Positions 10,643 through 23,419 of a stretch of DNA of 64,000 bases are shown one piece after another. Numbering within the stretch: the first letter of the stretch is position 1; each line of letters opens with the position of its first letter. The position numbers were made by a program, and so were the translations under genes. The DNA comes from Lophium mytilinum. Lineage: Eukaryota. Location of the stretch: contig MU004188.1 of NCBI GenBank assembly GCA_010093605.1, positions 623,673 through 687,672 of the forward strand. Reading direction: 5' to 3'. The notes under the pieces were generated by a model. It ran no database searches and was not told the origin of the DNA. It was given only the letters and a program-made list of their open reading frames with translations.

Positions 10643-11596
10643 TCAGCACATTCCATAAAACGCCTCGTACACCAAATCCCACTTGCCACAGCCAAGAGCA
10701 CCAGATAGCCAATCTTCTAGTTCATTATAGACGAGCCCATCTTCGAAAGTGCGGTATATGCTGGCTCTAGTATCGGACTCTACTCGCTGCACGACAGCTA
10801 AGCGCCTTTGGAGGGCTCTGCAAAGACACCAACGTCAGTGGATTCGAACAACATGACTGAGGGGTCCTTGGGCATTTGCTTACTTGTCCGCACGATCAGC
10901 GCACTTCAGAGTCTCATAGACGAAAGCCGGACCCTGCCACAAGACCTCTTCGCCAAACGCGACCTCAACCTGGCGGCGGAAGTCTGCGTCCTCAGCACGA
11001 TGTTCATTGTCGACAACCCCTTTACTCTGCTCACAGGCCTCGTCGTGGCAGAAATACAGCGCCAGCCAGAGCGAGACGAGGGACGTTATCGACATCTTGT
11101 GCAGAAGCTCGACCTTGGTGCTGTACGAAGCTGTGGTAGAGTCAGCGACTCGACCCCGTCGACTCATCTATGGTCATAGTGAGACGTTGCGCTTACGTTC
11201 GTCAGAAATCTGGTATAGCAGCTTCAATCCCTCTTCGAACCTCGCCACGGCTAGCTGCGGCTGGGCCTTGCAGCTGTTCGTGACGATGTAGGACACGCCG
11301 TTCTTGATCCAGGTCATCGTGGCGAAGCGGCGGATCGCGTTGTGCATGGCTGGGTAGGTCGGCGCGGCCAGGCGGATCCCCATGCGCTCGAGGGTTTCTT
11401 GAGGGTAGCGCGCCATGATGTTTTTCACGGTGGAGGCCTCATAGCTGGTTGTGATGTTGCGGAAGCGTCGACATGTCCGACGGAAGGATATCCAGGATTT
11501 CGTAGAGGCTAGGCCCAGTTGAGTGCTGATTTCGAGGACGACTTCCGGAGGGGCTTTGTCGAAAGGGTTGCGCTTGGATGCTTGGATGTCCGACAT
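10643..11596 (-). CDS. F-box-like protein (~270 aa, 3 exons)
   Basis: NPFDKAPPEVVLEISTQLG...SFRRTCRRFRNI is an F-box-like N-terminus. Two GTAAGC..CTGAC..CAG introns join the ORF pieces in frame, ending ...WDLVYEAFYGMC* at 10643. Confidence 0.7.
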
Positions 11597-13911
11597 GTTT
11601 GGATGGGGGGTGTGTTGTATCGATACAGCTGCCAGGGCTCGGAGTGGGCCGAGGCGTTTAGGGAGGTAGGGAAAGTGTATTGAAGAAGAAGGAAATCTGA
11701 AGTATGCAATTTGTATAATGGTTGATTCAATTAGATTTGAGGATGGGAAGGTAGGCTCCAGAGCGCGGCTTCCTCATTAGGTTGGAAAGGTATCGCTATT
11801 CAGACTTGGGAATATATATGATGGTTTGTTCGTTACCAGAACGATGAGAAGGCCTTCAAAGACTGAGAAGTGATGAGGGGTTGGATGGGATTTCAAGAGG
11901 TCCCAACGTCACGATATATGGATTTTGAAGGTGCAGGTCACGCAGTACTCAACATGTCCCGATGAGTACTGTGTTGTCCGCCAGTACTCGCTAAGGCTCA
12001 CCGGGGCATTCATGTACCCTTCTTCATGCACCGAAGACAGCCGGCGCCCAGGACCGCTTGCAGGGACGATGTGATCATGAGGCTGTGGAGATGCCAGCGT
12101 TGCTCTGAGCTGTGCAGAGGTATCGGTATGATAGGGTGTCGTCGAGGAGAATTGAATGATGGAAGATGGATGACGTGTGAAAGTTGAAAGGTGAAGGTAT
12201 CGGTCTAGATTTCGCAATCGACGCGAAACTTGCGCGACAGTCCTGACAGCACAGTCATTCGGAGGCTTGGGCATTCCCTATTCTGATTCAACGAACAAAG
12301 AGTACCTCAATGGTCTGGCAATGTACTATTCCCCTGCTTTCTGTAGTATCTCGGTATTATCACTTTGAAAACGACCGTAAGCTTTGCAGATCTAGGCCAC
12401 GGCACACTGCTTCTCAACAAATACACCTTCGAGAATCCATAGGCTCGAATCATACCTGTCCTGGAGCTAAGATCAACGAACGGTGTCGATGATGCTGGAG
12501 GTTTGAAAGAGAGGGTACCATGCTGAGTATAGCATGCGTGGGACCGAGAGAGTCTGAACTGCTGCTCCAAATGAGAGGGATAGTCCTGGGTGTCCATGTT
12601 CTAGCCTTCTAATAGTATGAAATACACAAAGGCAACCCGAAGCTTGCTCTGGCGCACCAAAGGCGCTTTGTGTGTGGACTACATGCCCTTCGTTGGGTAT
12701 TTCGTACATCACAGCTCCCCCAAGTTCTCAGCACGGGAACGAATCACCGATCACTTAGAAGCTAGAGAACTCGGCTGAGTCAGAAGAATCGAGGCGCGGG
12801 CGGAAAGATAATCAGCAAACACTGTGACACCAAACTCGGTGAAAAAGGGTGAATGAACGCCCGGGACAGCTAATCGGGCTCCCGCACCTTTGCGGATGCC
12901 GTCGATCGACGCCAGGATCGCCACCTGCCAAATCCCACTGGGCCACCCGTCACACCGTCGTACAAACCTTGTCGCCACGTTGACACCAACATCGTAACCT
13001 TATCCGAACTATGTAGCTATCTTCATTGCCTAGATCATACAGCACCTTCACGCATCCTGTGGTGAGCGTGCAGGTGGCTGGAAGGGTATATAACGGTACT
13101 AGAAGCTGATGAGGAGATTCTATTGGCCAGAATAGCCTTTGCAGGGTTACAAAGCCTTTTGTTACGCAACACTTACGAGATACGCTAACCTCGGACTGCG
13201 CGAAGGTGGTGTAATAGATTTCCACGTGGATGACTTAGCCTACTGCACCAAGGGCCAAGGGGCCGGGTCTATCTTGCAACGTCAAAGTCCGAATTCTCGG
13301 GTGCCAGTGCTACATACCCGTTTCACCATCAATCCAAATACACGCCTTGTGAAAAGGTCAAGGTTTACCGTAAGCGCTATCTCGACGCGGTTCCGAGATT
13401 CTGCACATCTTCAAGACACTCGGAACTGTGGCGTTACAGCACTCAGTACAAAGGGTAAAGCTTCCCAGGCTATTGCACCGAGATAGGCTATCCCCGAGAC
13501 CTTGCAGCTTCAAAGCTATGGCCAACTCGTCAAAGCCAATAGCTGCACGTCGTCTCTTCTTCTTACCCCTTGTACCTCGCAATGATACGTCCGTTGTATG
13601 GTCATTGCTACTAGCCTTAATAGATTAAGAGTCAACTCACAAGGCGGAAGCCTCCGGCTACTGCTTTTTATCAAGCGTTCCCACTCAGGTAAGCAGTTGT
13701 CGTCATAGATTCTTTGTTTTAGCGCGACGCAGATCGATCCCAATTAGGCCCGACTCGGTCTTTGGCGAGATATCCGGACGATATGTACGAGCCGTGACCG
13801 ACCTTTACGCCTTGTTACACGCCCTTTGAAAAGATATATAGTTGCCGTTTACGGCCCCTTGCTGTCGTCATCTTTTTGTAGTCCAATTCACTCTTCTTAT
13901 CTACCTTCATC

Positions 13912-15766
13912 ATGGGCGTGAGCGATCTCATTCGAGATTCCGCCTTTGGCCATCTCGTTCGCCTATCTACTGGCAACAAATACTTCACATATGCTGAAGA
14001 ACGAGACCCCAACCTGTGGAAGAAATACGTTAACGAAGTCAAGTCGGGGAACTTTGCTCATCACGGTCATGCTGGAGACGTATCTGACGATGAAGACCGA
14101 CCATCTAGGCACCTTGGAGGTGTGAGGACACGTGAGGCTCGACACTCGTCTGAGGATTCAGCGAAATCCCTATCAGATTCAGAGAAGTCCGAAGAACCAA
14201 ATGAGGGTACCCACAACATTGCCAGCGGAGTCAGGCTTGATCCAGAGAAAGGGAGGGATATCCATCTCATAGATTGGTATGGGCCGGATGATCCAGAGGT
14301 TGGTTTTGTCCCATGGTGTGTAATGTTCAGGAACTAATGCGAGCCCAGAACCCGCGCAATTGGTCCCATGCGAAGAAATACTTCGTCACCTTTGAGATCT
14401 GCTTTCTGACTTTCAGTGTTTACATCGGATCGTCTATCTATACTGCTGGCGTAATGGGTGTCGTGGAAGAGTTTGGCGTCAGCCAGGTCGCCGCAACTCT
14501 TGGTTTGACATTGTTCGTCGCCGGTTACGGATTGGGGCCAGTAAGTAATCTTCCTTATCAGAAGGTTTCGTCGCTCATAATCATCAGTTAGTATGGGCAC
14601 CTATGTCTGAGATTCCCGTTATCGGTCGAAATCCGGTATACGTTGGAACTCTCGTAATATTCGTACTATTCCAGATTCCTACCGCGTTAGCCTCAAACTT
14701 TGGCATGCTCCTCGCCTTCCGCTTCCTCACTGGCCTATTCGGATCACCCGTTCTAGCTACCGGAGGCGCTAGTATCGGAGACATGTATCGGCCGCAAAAG
14801 CAAGCCTACGGTTTAGGTCTTTGGGGAATCTCTGCCGTGTGTGGTCCCGTTCTTGGACCGCTCGTCGGAGGATTCGCTGTCGAAGCTGAAGGCTGGAGAT
14901 GGTCCATCTGGGAATTGATGTGGCTCTCCGGATTCTGCCTTGTCTTCGTCTTCTTCTTCCTCCCCGAAACCAGCTCCGCCAACATCCTCTACCGCCGCAC
15001 TCGCCGCCTCCGCAAGCTCACCAACGACGCCAAACTCAAATGCGAGCCCGAGATCATGGGCGAGCAGATGACGGGCAAAGACATCGTATGGATGGTGCTC
15101 GTCCGCCCCATCAGCCTCAACTTCACCGAACCCATGGTCTTCCTCCTAAACCTCTACATCGCATTAATCTACGGCCTCCTCTACATCTGGTTCGAATCCT
15201 TCCCCATCGTCTTCGTCGGCATCTACCACTTCACGCTCGGCGAGCTCGGCCTCGCTTTCCTCGGCATCCTCATCGGCGCCATCTGCGTCATCCCCCCCTT
15301 CTTCTGCTGGCTCTACTTCCACCAAGAAAAACAGTTCAACGAGCGCGGCGAGATCCAGCCGGAAAAGCGCCTCCCACCCGCAATGGTCGGCGGCTTCCTC
15401 GTCCCCATCTGTCTGTTCTGGTTCGGGTGGTCCGCGCGTCCTGATATCCACTGGATCATGCCCATCATCGGCTCTAGCTTCTTCTCCGTTGCCGCCTTCC
15501 TCCTCTTCAACTCGGTCCTCGGGTACCTCTCTGACGCGTACCCGGACTACGTCGCCAGCGTGTTCGCGGGCAACGACTTCATGCGGAGTAGTTTCGGCGC
15601 GGGGTTTCCGCTGTTTGCGGCGGCCATGTATAACAGGCTGGGCGTGGATTGGGCGAGCTCGTTGCTGGCATTTTTGGGGATCGCGTTTATTCCGATTCCG
15701 TTTGTGTTGTATGTTTATGGGGAGAGGTTGCGGCATAGGAGCAAGCATGCGCGGAAGGACTTTTAG
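13912..15766 (+). CDS. MFS drug:H+ antiporter, DHA1 family (FLR1/MDR1/caf5-like), 3 exons
   Basis: DWYGPDDPENPRNWS (spliced), SEIPVIGRNPVY, RFLTGLFGSP, GWRW and PEKRL motifs, with multiple hydrophobic helices. Confidence 0.93.
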
Positions 15767-16478
15767 TTTGGGGGCTTGGGGGAGTTTCGGACTCTGGTGC
15801 TTTGGACGGTGGGATTGGGAAACTCTTTGATGGTACGGGAATGTTAATGGATGGAAGACCGTAACGGTTCAGCGCTTATCATGCTTAGTTTTCTTCATTA
15901 GACTTTGTAGACTTATTTGTACGATATCAATGGCGCGTATCTTTGAATACTTGGTTATAATGGGCCTAGTAAGAGCGCAGTGCTCATCTATGGAAAGAAA
16001 TCATCATATGTGTTGGAGGTTCCTCTCGCTATAGTTTAGCCGCGCTGTGAAAATGTTCGCAGGATTTTACGACTGTAGTGAAATCGAATTTTGATGTCAC
16101 AATCAGCCGACAAGACGACGATGAACGTTGTACTTACGAACCGTTACGTACACCTTGCAAATGATGCGTAACGATTGATTGCCTCCGATATCTAGAGCTT
16201 CGAAGTCACGTCGTTCTCTGTACTTGTGTAGTGGTATCAGAACTTCGCATCCACGTATTTAGGTCGAGTATCACCGGGTCACACAGATGCAGAGAGAGTT
16301 ATTTAGGTAAGCAAGTGATGATATTGCTACCTATGCAGGTCCACTGAGTGGACTCCCGAGAAATCTGAAAGGCCCAACACCTTTCGCCAAGATGTGTCCC
16401 ATTCCAAGATCATCTCCGCCAGAAATATGAGCAATCGGAACCTTTGAGCACCGTAAGAGCCGTGAGAAGGCAGATTAA

Positions 16479-16863
16479 CTAAAGGCAGGCCTTGTATCCG
16501 CAGTCCTGGCACTACAAAAACACTCCTGATTAGTATCTTGCACGTCATCGTACTGTAGAAACAAGGGCAACTCACCATCTTGCCACCCCAGTAGCAGGTG
16601 AGGTAGGCGCAGTCCGCGGTGTGCTGCTTGTTGTTCGGGTCCGTCTTTCGACTAGTTAGTTATCTGCTGGAAGAAGGCAGACGGGGACGACGTACAGCGC
16701 AGCAGTCGATGTAGGTATTGAAGCAGTCTCCGCAGCTCTGAGTGCTCTGAATAGACGGATCGGCAAGACCCTTGAAGGCGTCCGGGGCCTCAGCTTCAGT
16801 GGGTGCGGCTGAGGTCAGGGCGATGAGACCGCCAAACACAGCGAGGATGGAGTTGAGCTTCAT
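16479..16863 (-). CDS. Small secreted cysteine-rich peptide (89 aa, 3 exons)
   Basis: Signal peptide MKLNSILAVFGGLIALTSA. Introns GTACGT..CTAAC..AAG and GTGAGT..CTAAT..TAG give ...QSCGDCFNTYIDCCATDPNNKQHTADCAYLTCYWGGKMCQDCGYKACL*. TATATAA lies at ~17015 upstream. Confidence 0.8.
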
Positions 16864-17427
16864 GATGAAGGATGGGGTTCGGACTGAGAAGTTGGAGTTG
16901 GTGGAAGAGTGTGGGTGAGGGTGTCGTTGTTGGTGGTGTGTTGTGGTGTTGTTGTTGTGGTAGGAAGATGGTGGAGGAGAGAAGGTGGAAGGAGAGGTAG
17001 ACGGGCTCTTATATAGAGCAGCTTGCAGGCCCCAGGCCGCCGCCCCTCCTTACGTTCACCGCTGCTCCCGAGTGAGTGAGAGCGCCGCCCCTCTTACACA
17101 CCGCTTTTGCTTGAGTGACTTCTCGGTCAGGTGCGGACGGAGTTGTGCCAGCACGGCGCCGACAGAGGACGTCAGCCCGGCTTGATCGGCATAGACATTC
17201 ACTATCTGCAGAACGATTGCGAGCTTAGGCCATTCGGCATTCTCATTCACCATTCAGGGCTTATATCGAAGATTCGCCCCTGTGCATAGATAGAATGAAG
17301 ACTGGACCTCATGGCCAGGCTATTATGATGTCTAGTTGATTTCTCGTGATAGAAAGAAAGGTAGGAGAGACTAAGGGGTGGAGGAAGCCTGAGGAGGGAG
17401 TGGAAAAGGGGGAGGTACTATTTGCAC

Positions 17428-18627
17428 TCATTTGATCTCTGGATATACATCGGTTCTCCTCAGTAGCGGCATCTCTCTCCTTACCTTCTCCAAATAGTCC
17501 AAATCGATGTCTGCCACGGCTATCTCCGGCTCTTCCCATGACCCGTCTTCTGCAGCACCCCCTAGCTCCGCTATCACCTTGCCCCAAGGATCAACGATAA
17601 CACTGTGCCCATAGCTCCTCCGTGTCCCCGCCTCATTATGGACTCCACATTGGGCGGCGGCAATAACATAACTCTGCGTTTCTATGGCCCTTGCTCTTAA
17701 TAAAGTACTCCAATGGGCGATTCCCGTTGGGACTGTGAAAGCGCTTGGATATAACAGCAATTGCGCGCCCCTATTCCTCAATGCAAGCGAGATCTCTGCA
17801 AATCTTAGGTCATAGCAGATCATGCTCCCAATATTGCCCACAGCGCTGTCGAATGGCTCTGGAATCTCCTTGCCTGGCTCGACCGAGTTACTCTCTTTAA
17901 GAATCGGCCCGTCTTTGATCTCGACGTCAAAGAGATGCAGCTTCTGGTACCGGTGGGCAATTTCGCCGTTGGCATCAATCCAGATGAGGGTGTTCTTCAC
18001 ACGTTTGCTGGATGTGGAGGGCTCATGGATGCCGACGGAGATGGGCAGGGACGCAGCCCGGGCCGCGGAGCGGAGGCCAAGGACGAAGGGGGATGTGGAG
18101 GCGGGTTGAACTAGGGATATGGTTTCGGCGGCCGTGGGCGCAATATAGTCGCTTGCCTCAGGGAGGAAAAGAGCCTAGGATGGGTTGGAACGGCTTTGAG
18201 AGATTAAGGGACAAGTGTTGGGAGTACCTTTGCGCCGGCGGATGCAGCCTTCTGGATGAGAGTGACACATTGGGAGAGATTATGGGTCATGCTTGCTGTC
18301 GAGCATATTTGGCCGACTGCCTATTTGGTAGAGCAGGAGTTAGTTGGCTGATATCTAGGACACTCAGGAGGATAGGTATGATTTCGTTCTGATAGAGAAG
18401 GGTGTATCTTGTCAAAGGAACTGCGGGCAATATGTAGAGGCAGACTCGTAATACAGTGATCTCTAGCTGAAGTAGCTAGGGTATGAAGATGATGGTTTGA
18501 AAATGTAGCACCGATGATTACAATATAGGAGCGTGTCTTTCTGCTAAGATATCAAGAACATGAAGTGATACAGAAATTGAACAAGGTCAAGTATAACAAT
18601 GACAATCTGACTTACTGCTATAGCCAT
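17428..18627 (-). CDS. NIT2: Nitrilase superfamily NIT1/Nit2-type (deaminated glutathione amidase-like), 3 exons
   Basis: Catalytic triad motifs FLPEASD, YQKLHLFDV and ICYDLRF, plus AFTVPTGIAHW and RAIETQSYV. First exon MAIA is followed by a ~290 nt intron. Confidence 0.88.
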
Positions 18628-19052
18628 CTTGGATAATTAGTAGATTCAAAGGGGTCTTTAAGAGCTCAAAGAAAGACATAAATCGGTGATGGTGACCGAT
18701 GGGGGTGGAGGAGATGTCGTGCACGGCTTAGTCAACCTCATGTTCGGAACATTTCCAGACAGGTGTTTCAAGTTAACAACATCCGCGAGTTTGCAACCCA
18801 CCGCCGCCACGCCTTGTCCTCCGCCCTGGTCCGTCCACTCGAAATAGCATTCCAAACTGCCCACTGCCCCGGAATCCTGTACACGCGCGTCTAATAATAC
18901 GAACACCTCGCCCATCCCGCCGCACCACCTCCACCACCGCTCACCTGCTTCCACCACCCCGACTATGCATCTCTCGAAACGCCGAAAACCTCCAGCGTAG
19001 ACCAACTATCGACTTCGCGAGCCTCACATCTGGGTAGAGAATACGGCGCAAG

Positions 19053-21816
19053 ATGAGTGCTCCGGCACAGAACGCAAAGCAGACCTCGCGATGGGGCTCA
19101 TTGCTCTCAGGCGCCGTCGCGGGCCTCGAGTCGCGCCTGGACACCATATTGGCCGAAGATGACCAGGCGTCGGCACGGGCGAGGGCTGCAGAGGCCAAGT
19201 CGAAGCAAGAAGCTGCAGAGAAAGCTGCAGCAGAGAAATCTAGGCTGCAGGCAGAACCTGGTATGGAGCAGACATGAGAGACTGTCGGCATTGTGCTACG
19301 ATGGAAGCTGACGTGGAGGTTAGGCATATCACGAAATCCCTCGAGAAGCAGACCCAATTCGCGGTTACAGGATCGGCTGGCAAAGGCTGTAGTCAAGAGA
19401 GCGGACAGGCCCAGGTCAAACAGTCGGACATCGTCGGACCTGCCATCAAGGACAGCTAGTCCCGCTCTGGGGAGTCCTGCATTGGCTGCAGAGCTGGGTC
19501 GCACTAGCTTGGACTCGAAGGTTTCGGACACGACATCTGAACCTGCACCGCAGCAGCTAGCCGAGAAGACCGATGGCCATACAGGAGAAGATACAGCAAC
19601 AGACGAGCTTCCTCGAGCCTCATCTGATGCTCCCTCCTCAGATGTTGCTACAACGACGCCATCAATATCAGTGCCAATACCCGAAATCAACGCCCCCTCC
19701 GCCCCTTCACCGCGAACATCATTCGACTCAATTCCGTCTCGACTCTCCTTCGACCTTTCTACCACCCACGGCGCCGAAATCGAGGCTTTACCCCCCCGAA
19801 CCACATCAGAGTATGAAACAGAACTCTCCTCCCTCCGCAAAATCCACGACCAGACCCTATCCGAGCACCGCGAAGAGCTACATTCCCATCTAGAACGCAT
19901 CGACGCCCTCCAATCGAAACTCACCTATCTTTCTCAGTCCCTCGCTTCCCAAGCCAAAACCGCAGCGAAGTCTGCAGATCCGAATGACCCCCTGGAGAAG
20001 AAGCTGGCAGATAAAGATGCGCAGATTGCTGCCCTAATGGAAGAGGGGCAGAACCTTTCTAAGACGGAGTTGAAGCACTTGAATGCTATCAAAAAGATGC
20101 GTGTAAAGGCCATGGAGACGGAAAAGGACATGACGAGCCTCAAGCAGCGACTTTCCAGGGCGGAGAAGAGTATCGGCGATACAGTTGAGCGCGCTAAACG
20201 TGCTGAAGCAGCGGAGAGATCCGCACAAGAGAAGCTGAAGATTGTGGGACGAATAGAGAAAGACGTGGATGCGCTGCGAGCAGAGCGTGAGGAAGCGGGG
20301 TTGACGATAGGGGAGCTGAGACGGCAATTATCGGACGCGTTGGCGAGGGCCGAAGAGGCGGAGAAGAGAGCAAAGTCTGGGCAATTGGAGGCTGAGAAAC
20401 GAGTCACTGCAGACCTTCGCGAAGACCTTGAAAATACCCGGATAGAGAAGAAATTGGCCGAAGAACGGTCCAAAAAGGAGATCCAGGAGGTCAAAGAGGA
20501 TGCTGCGAGACAACAAGAACGGGCCAAGATTGTAGAGCTAGAGCTACGCGGAGAGATTACAGTAAGATATCCTGGCGGTCCTTCTGCGGATTCCCTCCTA
20601 ACAATAACTCCAGAACCTCGAAACCAAACTCGAGCTCCTTCGGACCCGAACCGAGGAAGTCTCATCCTCTGCCACTGGTGATTCACAAGCCAAGCTCCTT
20701 CGACAGATTGAAACTCTCCAAAGCCAATATGCCTATGCGTCCGAAAACTGGCAGGGCATCGAAAGCACCCTCACATCCCGTGTCGCTGCATTGGAGAAAG
20801 AGCGCGACGAGACCGCGAAGCGTGAGAGCGACATTCGCCGCAAAGCCCGTGACGTCAACTCCAAGGCTCGACGACTTGAGGATGAACTCGAGTCCATCAA
20901 TGACCGAGCTCGCACCTTAGAGCAAGACCTGGCAGAGCAGCGAACGCAGAGCCAGAAAGCCCAAGCGCGACTCGCACAAGCAGAATCAGCAGCGCAAACG
21001 GCACATGAAGAGGTGGAACGGGAGAAGAAGCTGTGGGAAGCAGATCTCCAGCAGAAGCTTGACGAGGAAAAGATCAAATGGCGGCTAGAACTTCAAACAA
21101 ACAACCCAGATTCGAACTACCTACGCGCTGATTCGCCTTCAGCACCTGGATCCACAAACCGGAAGCATTCCAGCGCTGACCCCCTCGGCATCCACGCCCG
21201 CAGAAACCTAAACCGGACCATTTCGAACGAGCTCGCACTCTCCCCTATGGACAGAATGCTAGATCAGCGACCCAGCAGCCGCAAATCTGCTCAGCCACTC
21301 CGAACCCCTGAGATTGGAACACCGACGCGCCACGACTCTATCCCACACTCCCTCTCCACGCTCAACGGCGCGAGCATGTCGCAGACGCCATCCATCACCT
21401 ACGACCACGAAGAAGGTTTCGACAACAACTCGTCTCCCCACCGCACAATCAACGACATGATCTCTGTCAGCACCGTTGGTGCCGGCCCCACCGTCCAGCT
21501 CGTCGAACGCATGAGCGCCGCCGTTCGCCGGCTAGAATCGGAGAAAGCGACCTCGAAAGAGGAAATGGCACGATTGGCAGCCCAACGCGACGAAGCGCGC
21601 GAGGAGGTCGTCGCACTGATGCGGGAGATCGAGGAGAAGCGGGCTGCGGACGAGCGTGTCGACAAGCTCGAAAAGGAGCTGAAGGAGATGGACGAGCGGT
21701 ACCAGACCACGCTGGAAATGCTGGGCGAGAAGAGCGAGCGTGTTGAGGAGCTGACGATTGATGTGGCGGATTTGAAGAAGATTTATAGGGATCTGGTCGA
21801 GAGGACTATGACCTAG
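19053..21816 (+). CDS. SGM1: TMF1/Sgm1 golgin (TATA element modulatory factor), coiled coil, 3 exons
   Basis: SRWGSLLSGAVAGLESRLDTILAE N-terminus, KDAQIAALMEEGQNLSKTEL, and C-terminal VQLVERMSAAVRRLESE...RYQTTLEMLGEKSERVEEL..DVADLK. Confidence 0.88.
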
Positions 21817-22101
21817 TCATCCGTACCCGGGGATTCTTGGATATTGATGTTCGGCAAGCTAGATCTACCCGCTCTAGCTTGTTGAATGACGTGGACGTTT
21901 TGCTTCATGCGCATTTTAAGTCTACAGGGAAGATTTTCGACTGGCATGGCTACGCTTGGTGCTGATGGCGTTTATATTTGCTACAGGGCATTCTTTGGGA
22001 CAGCTCAGTTTAGCCGGTTCTCTGTTAGTAGCTGTTCGCTTCTTGATTTTCTCTATTCCTGTCCCCTGATCACTTGGAAGGAAGGGAGTCTGTAAGATTA
22101 G

Positions 22102-23208
22102 CTATTCAAGATCTATTCCTTCCCGCTCTGCGGCTTGGAGGATGAACTTCCTGGTCTGAGTGCGTCAGTGTTATGTTTCTTGACCGAGTGCTACCTATGT
22201 AGCCTACCTTGGCATCAGGCACGAGCTCAATAGCCGTATGCCCATCCATATCTTTCTTGTCCGTCTCAGCGCCCGCTTGCAAGAGCAGTAGTGCCGCGTC
22301 GCCGTGGCCTTCTGATATAGCTGGCAGTTTTGTCAGCCCACCTAACATACTATACGTCGACAGAGTTTATGAAGAGCCTACCATGATGCAGCGCAGTCAT
22401 GCCATCCATATCTGTGGCATTCAGCGGGCTCTTTGCCTCCAGCAGCAGCTTCATCATCGGCACTGATCCCGCGGCGGCCGCGCGATGTAGCGCTAGCTGG
22501 CCCCGCTTGTCTTTCACTCGCGCGGACGCTTTGTGAGATATTAGGGTACGTGCGATATCGAGGTTGTTCTTGGATGCGGCGAAATGGAGGGCGGTCTGTT
22601 GTTGAAGCGTGAGAACAAGTGGAGTTGACGGTCTATAGGATGGGAGGGTGTACCTGGCCGTTGATGGCTATACATCACGTTAGTCCGTTGTCTTGTACGA
22701 GCGTAAAGGTAGAAGGTCTACGCACTCTTCATGTTCACATCCGCGTCTTTCTTGAGTAGGAGATCTACGATTGTTTCCGCGTCTTTGCGCGACGTGGCCA
22801 TCATGAGCGATGTCCAGCCTGAGCCGTCCTGGGGCTTGTCTTAGCTGCTTGAATCCGAGGAAGTAGGGTGAGCTTGTATGGATATACCTGTGCATCCACA
22901 TCGAAGTTCTTCCGTTGGACAAGCATCGTGACGATGGGTAGGTGGTTGTAGGAGACCGCCCAGTGGAGAGGGAGGCGGTCATCTTCGTCTCTTAGGGAGT
23001 CAAGCTTGGGATTCGCCTGCTCGGAAAGATTAGAGTAACTCTATCGAGTCAGGGGTCCTTTGGAGCTTACGTTAAGCAGTGATTCGGCGATGTTTGCTGG
23101 AGGCGGAGGTCAGCGGACGTGTGGTAAGCTTTGGGCCGTGGCCTACGTACCATGGCCTTCACGGCAAGCTGCGTGGAGCGCATATTTGGATTTCCTCTCG
23201 TCGTTCAT
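22102..23208 (-). CDS. NAS6: Ankyrin-repeat 19S proteasome assembly chaperone (gankyrin/Nas6), 8 exons
   Basis: Spliced product has ALHAACREG, DEDDRLPLHWAVSY, DGSGWTSLMMA, GQTALHFAASK, GQLALHRAAAAG and TALHHAISEGHGD, and ends EREGIDLE*. Confidence 0.85.
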
Positions 23209-23419
23209 AGTGCAAAGAGGGGCTCACATAGCACGGTATTGTGATAAAAGTCTGTGTTGATTTGAGGTGTAGTAGCTTTTGCCCCGCAGGCCCGCCAGTT
23301 TATATTGCCGGGCGGTGAGCAAAAGCATGAAACCAGTCATGTGTTTACACTTTAAAGACACTGCGCGAAGCTCCTCAAAGAATTTTAGACATCCTGAACT
23401 TCGGGTAACTCAATTTTTA

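Noticed and set aside
11900..13750. Short ORFs upstream of the MFS gene
   Set aside because: No domain signature; the region is probably promoter or decayed sequence.
16210..16290. Possible reverse-strand remnant of the array A unit between the MFS gene and the peptide gene
   Set aside because: Only scattered short matches (CCGGGTCAC vs CGGGCCAC), too weak to call by eye.
18100..18160. Apparent 5' truncation or frameshift of the nitrilase in the ORF track
   Set aside because: Manual translation is in frame (DYIAPTAAETISL). The track starts late only because of the upstream introns.
18941..20686. Long minus-strand ORFs (327 and 250 aa)
   Set aside because: They are antisense shadows of the TMF1/SGM1 coiled-coil gene.
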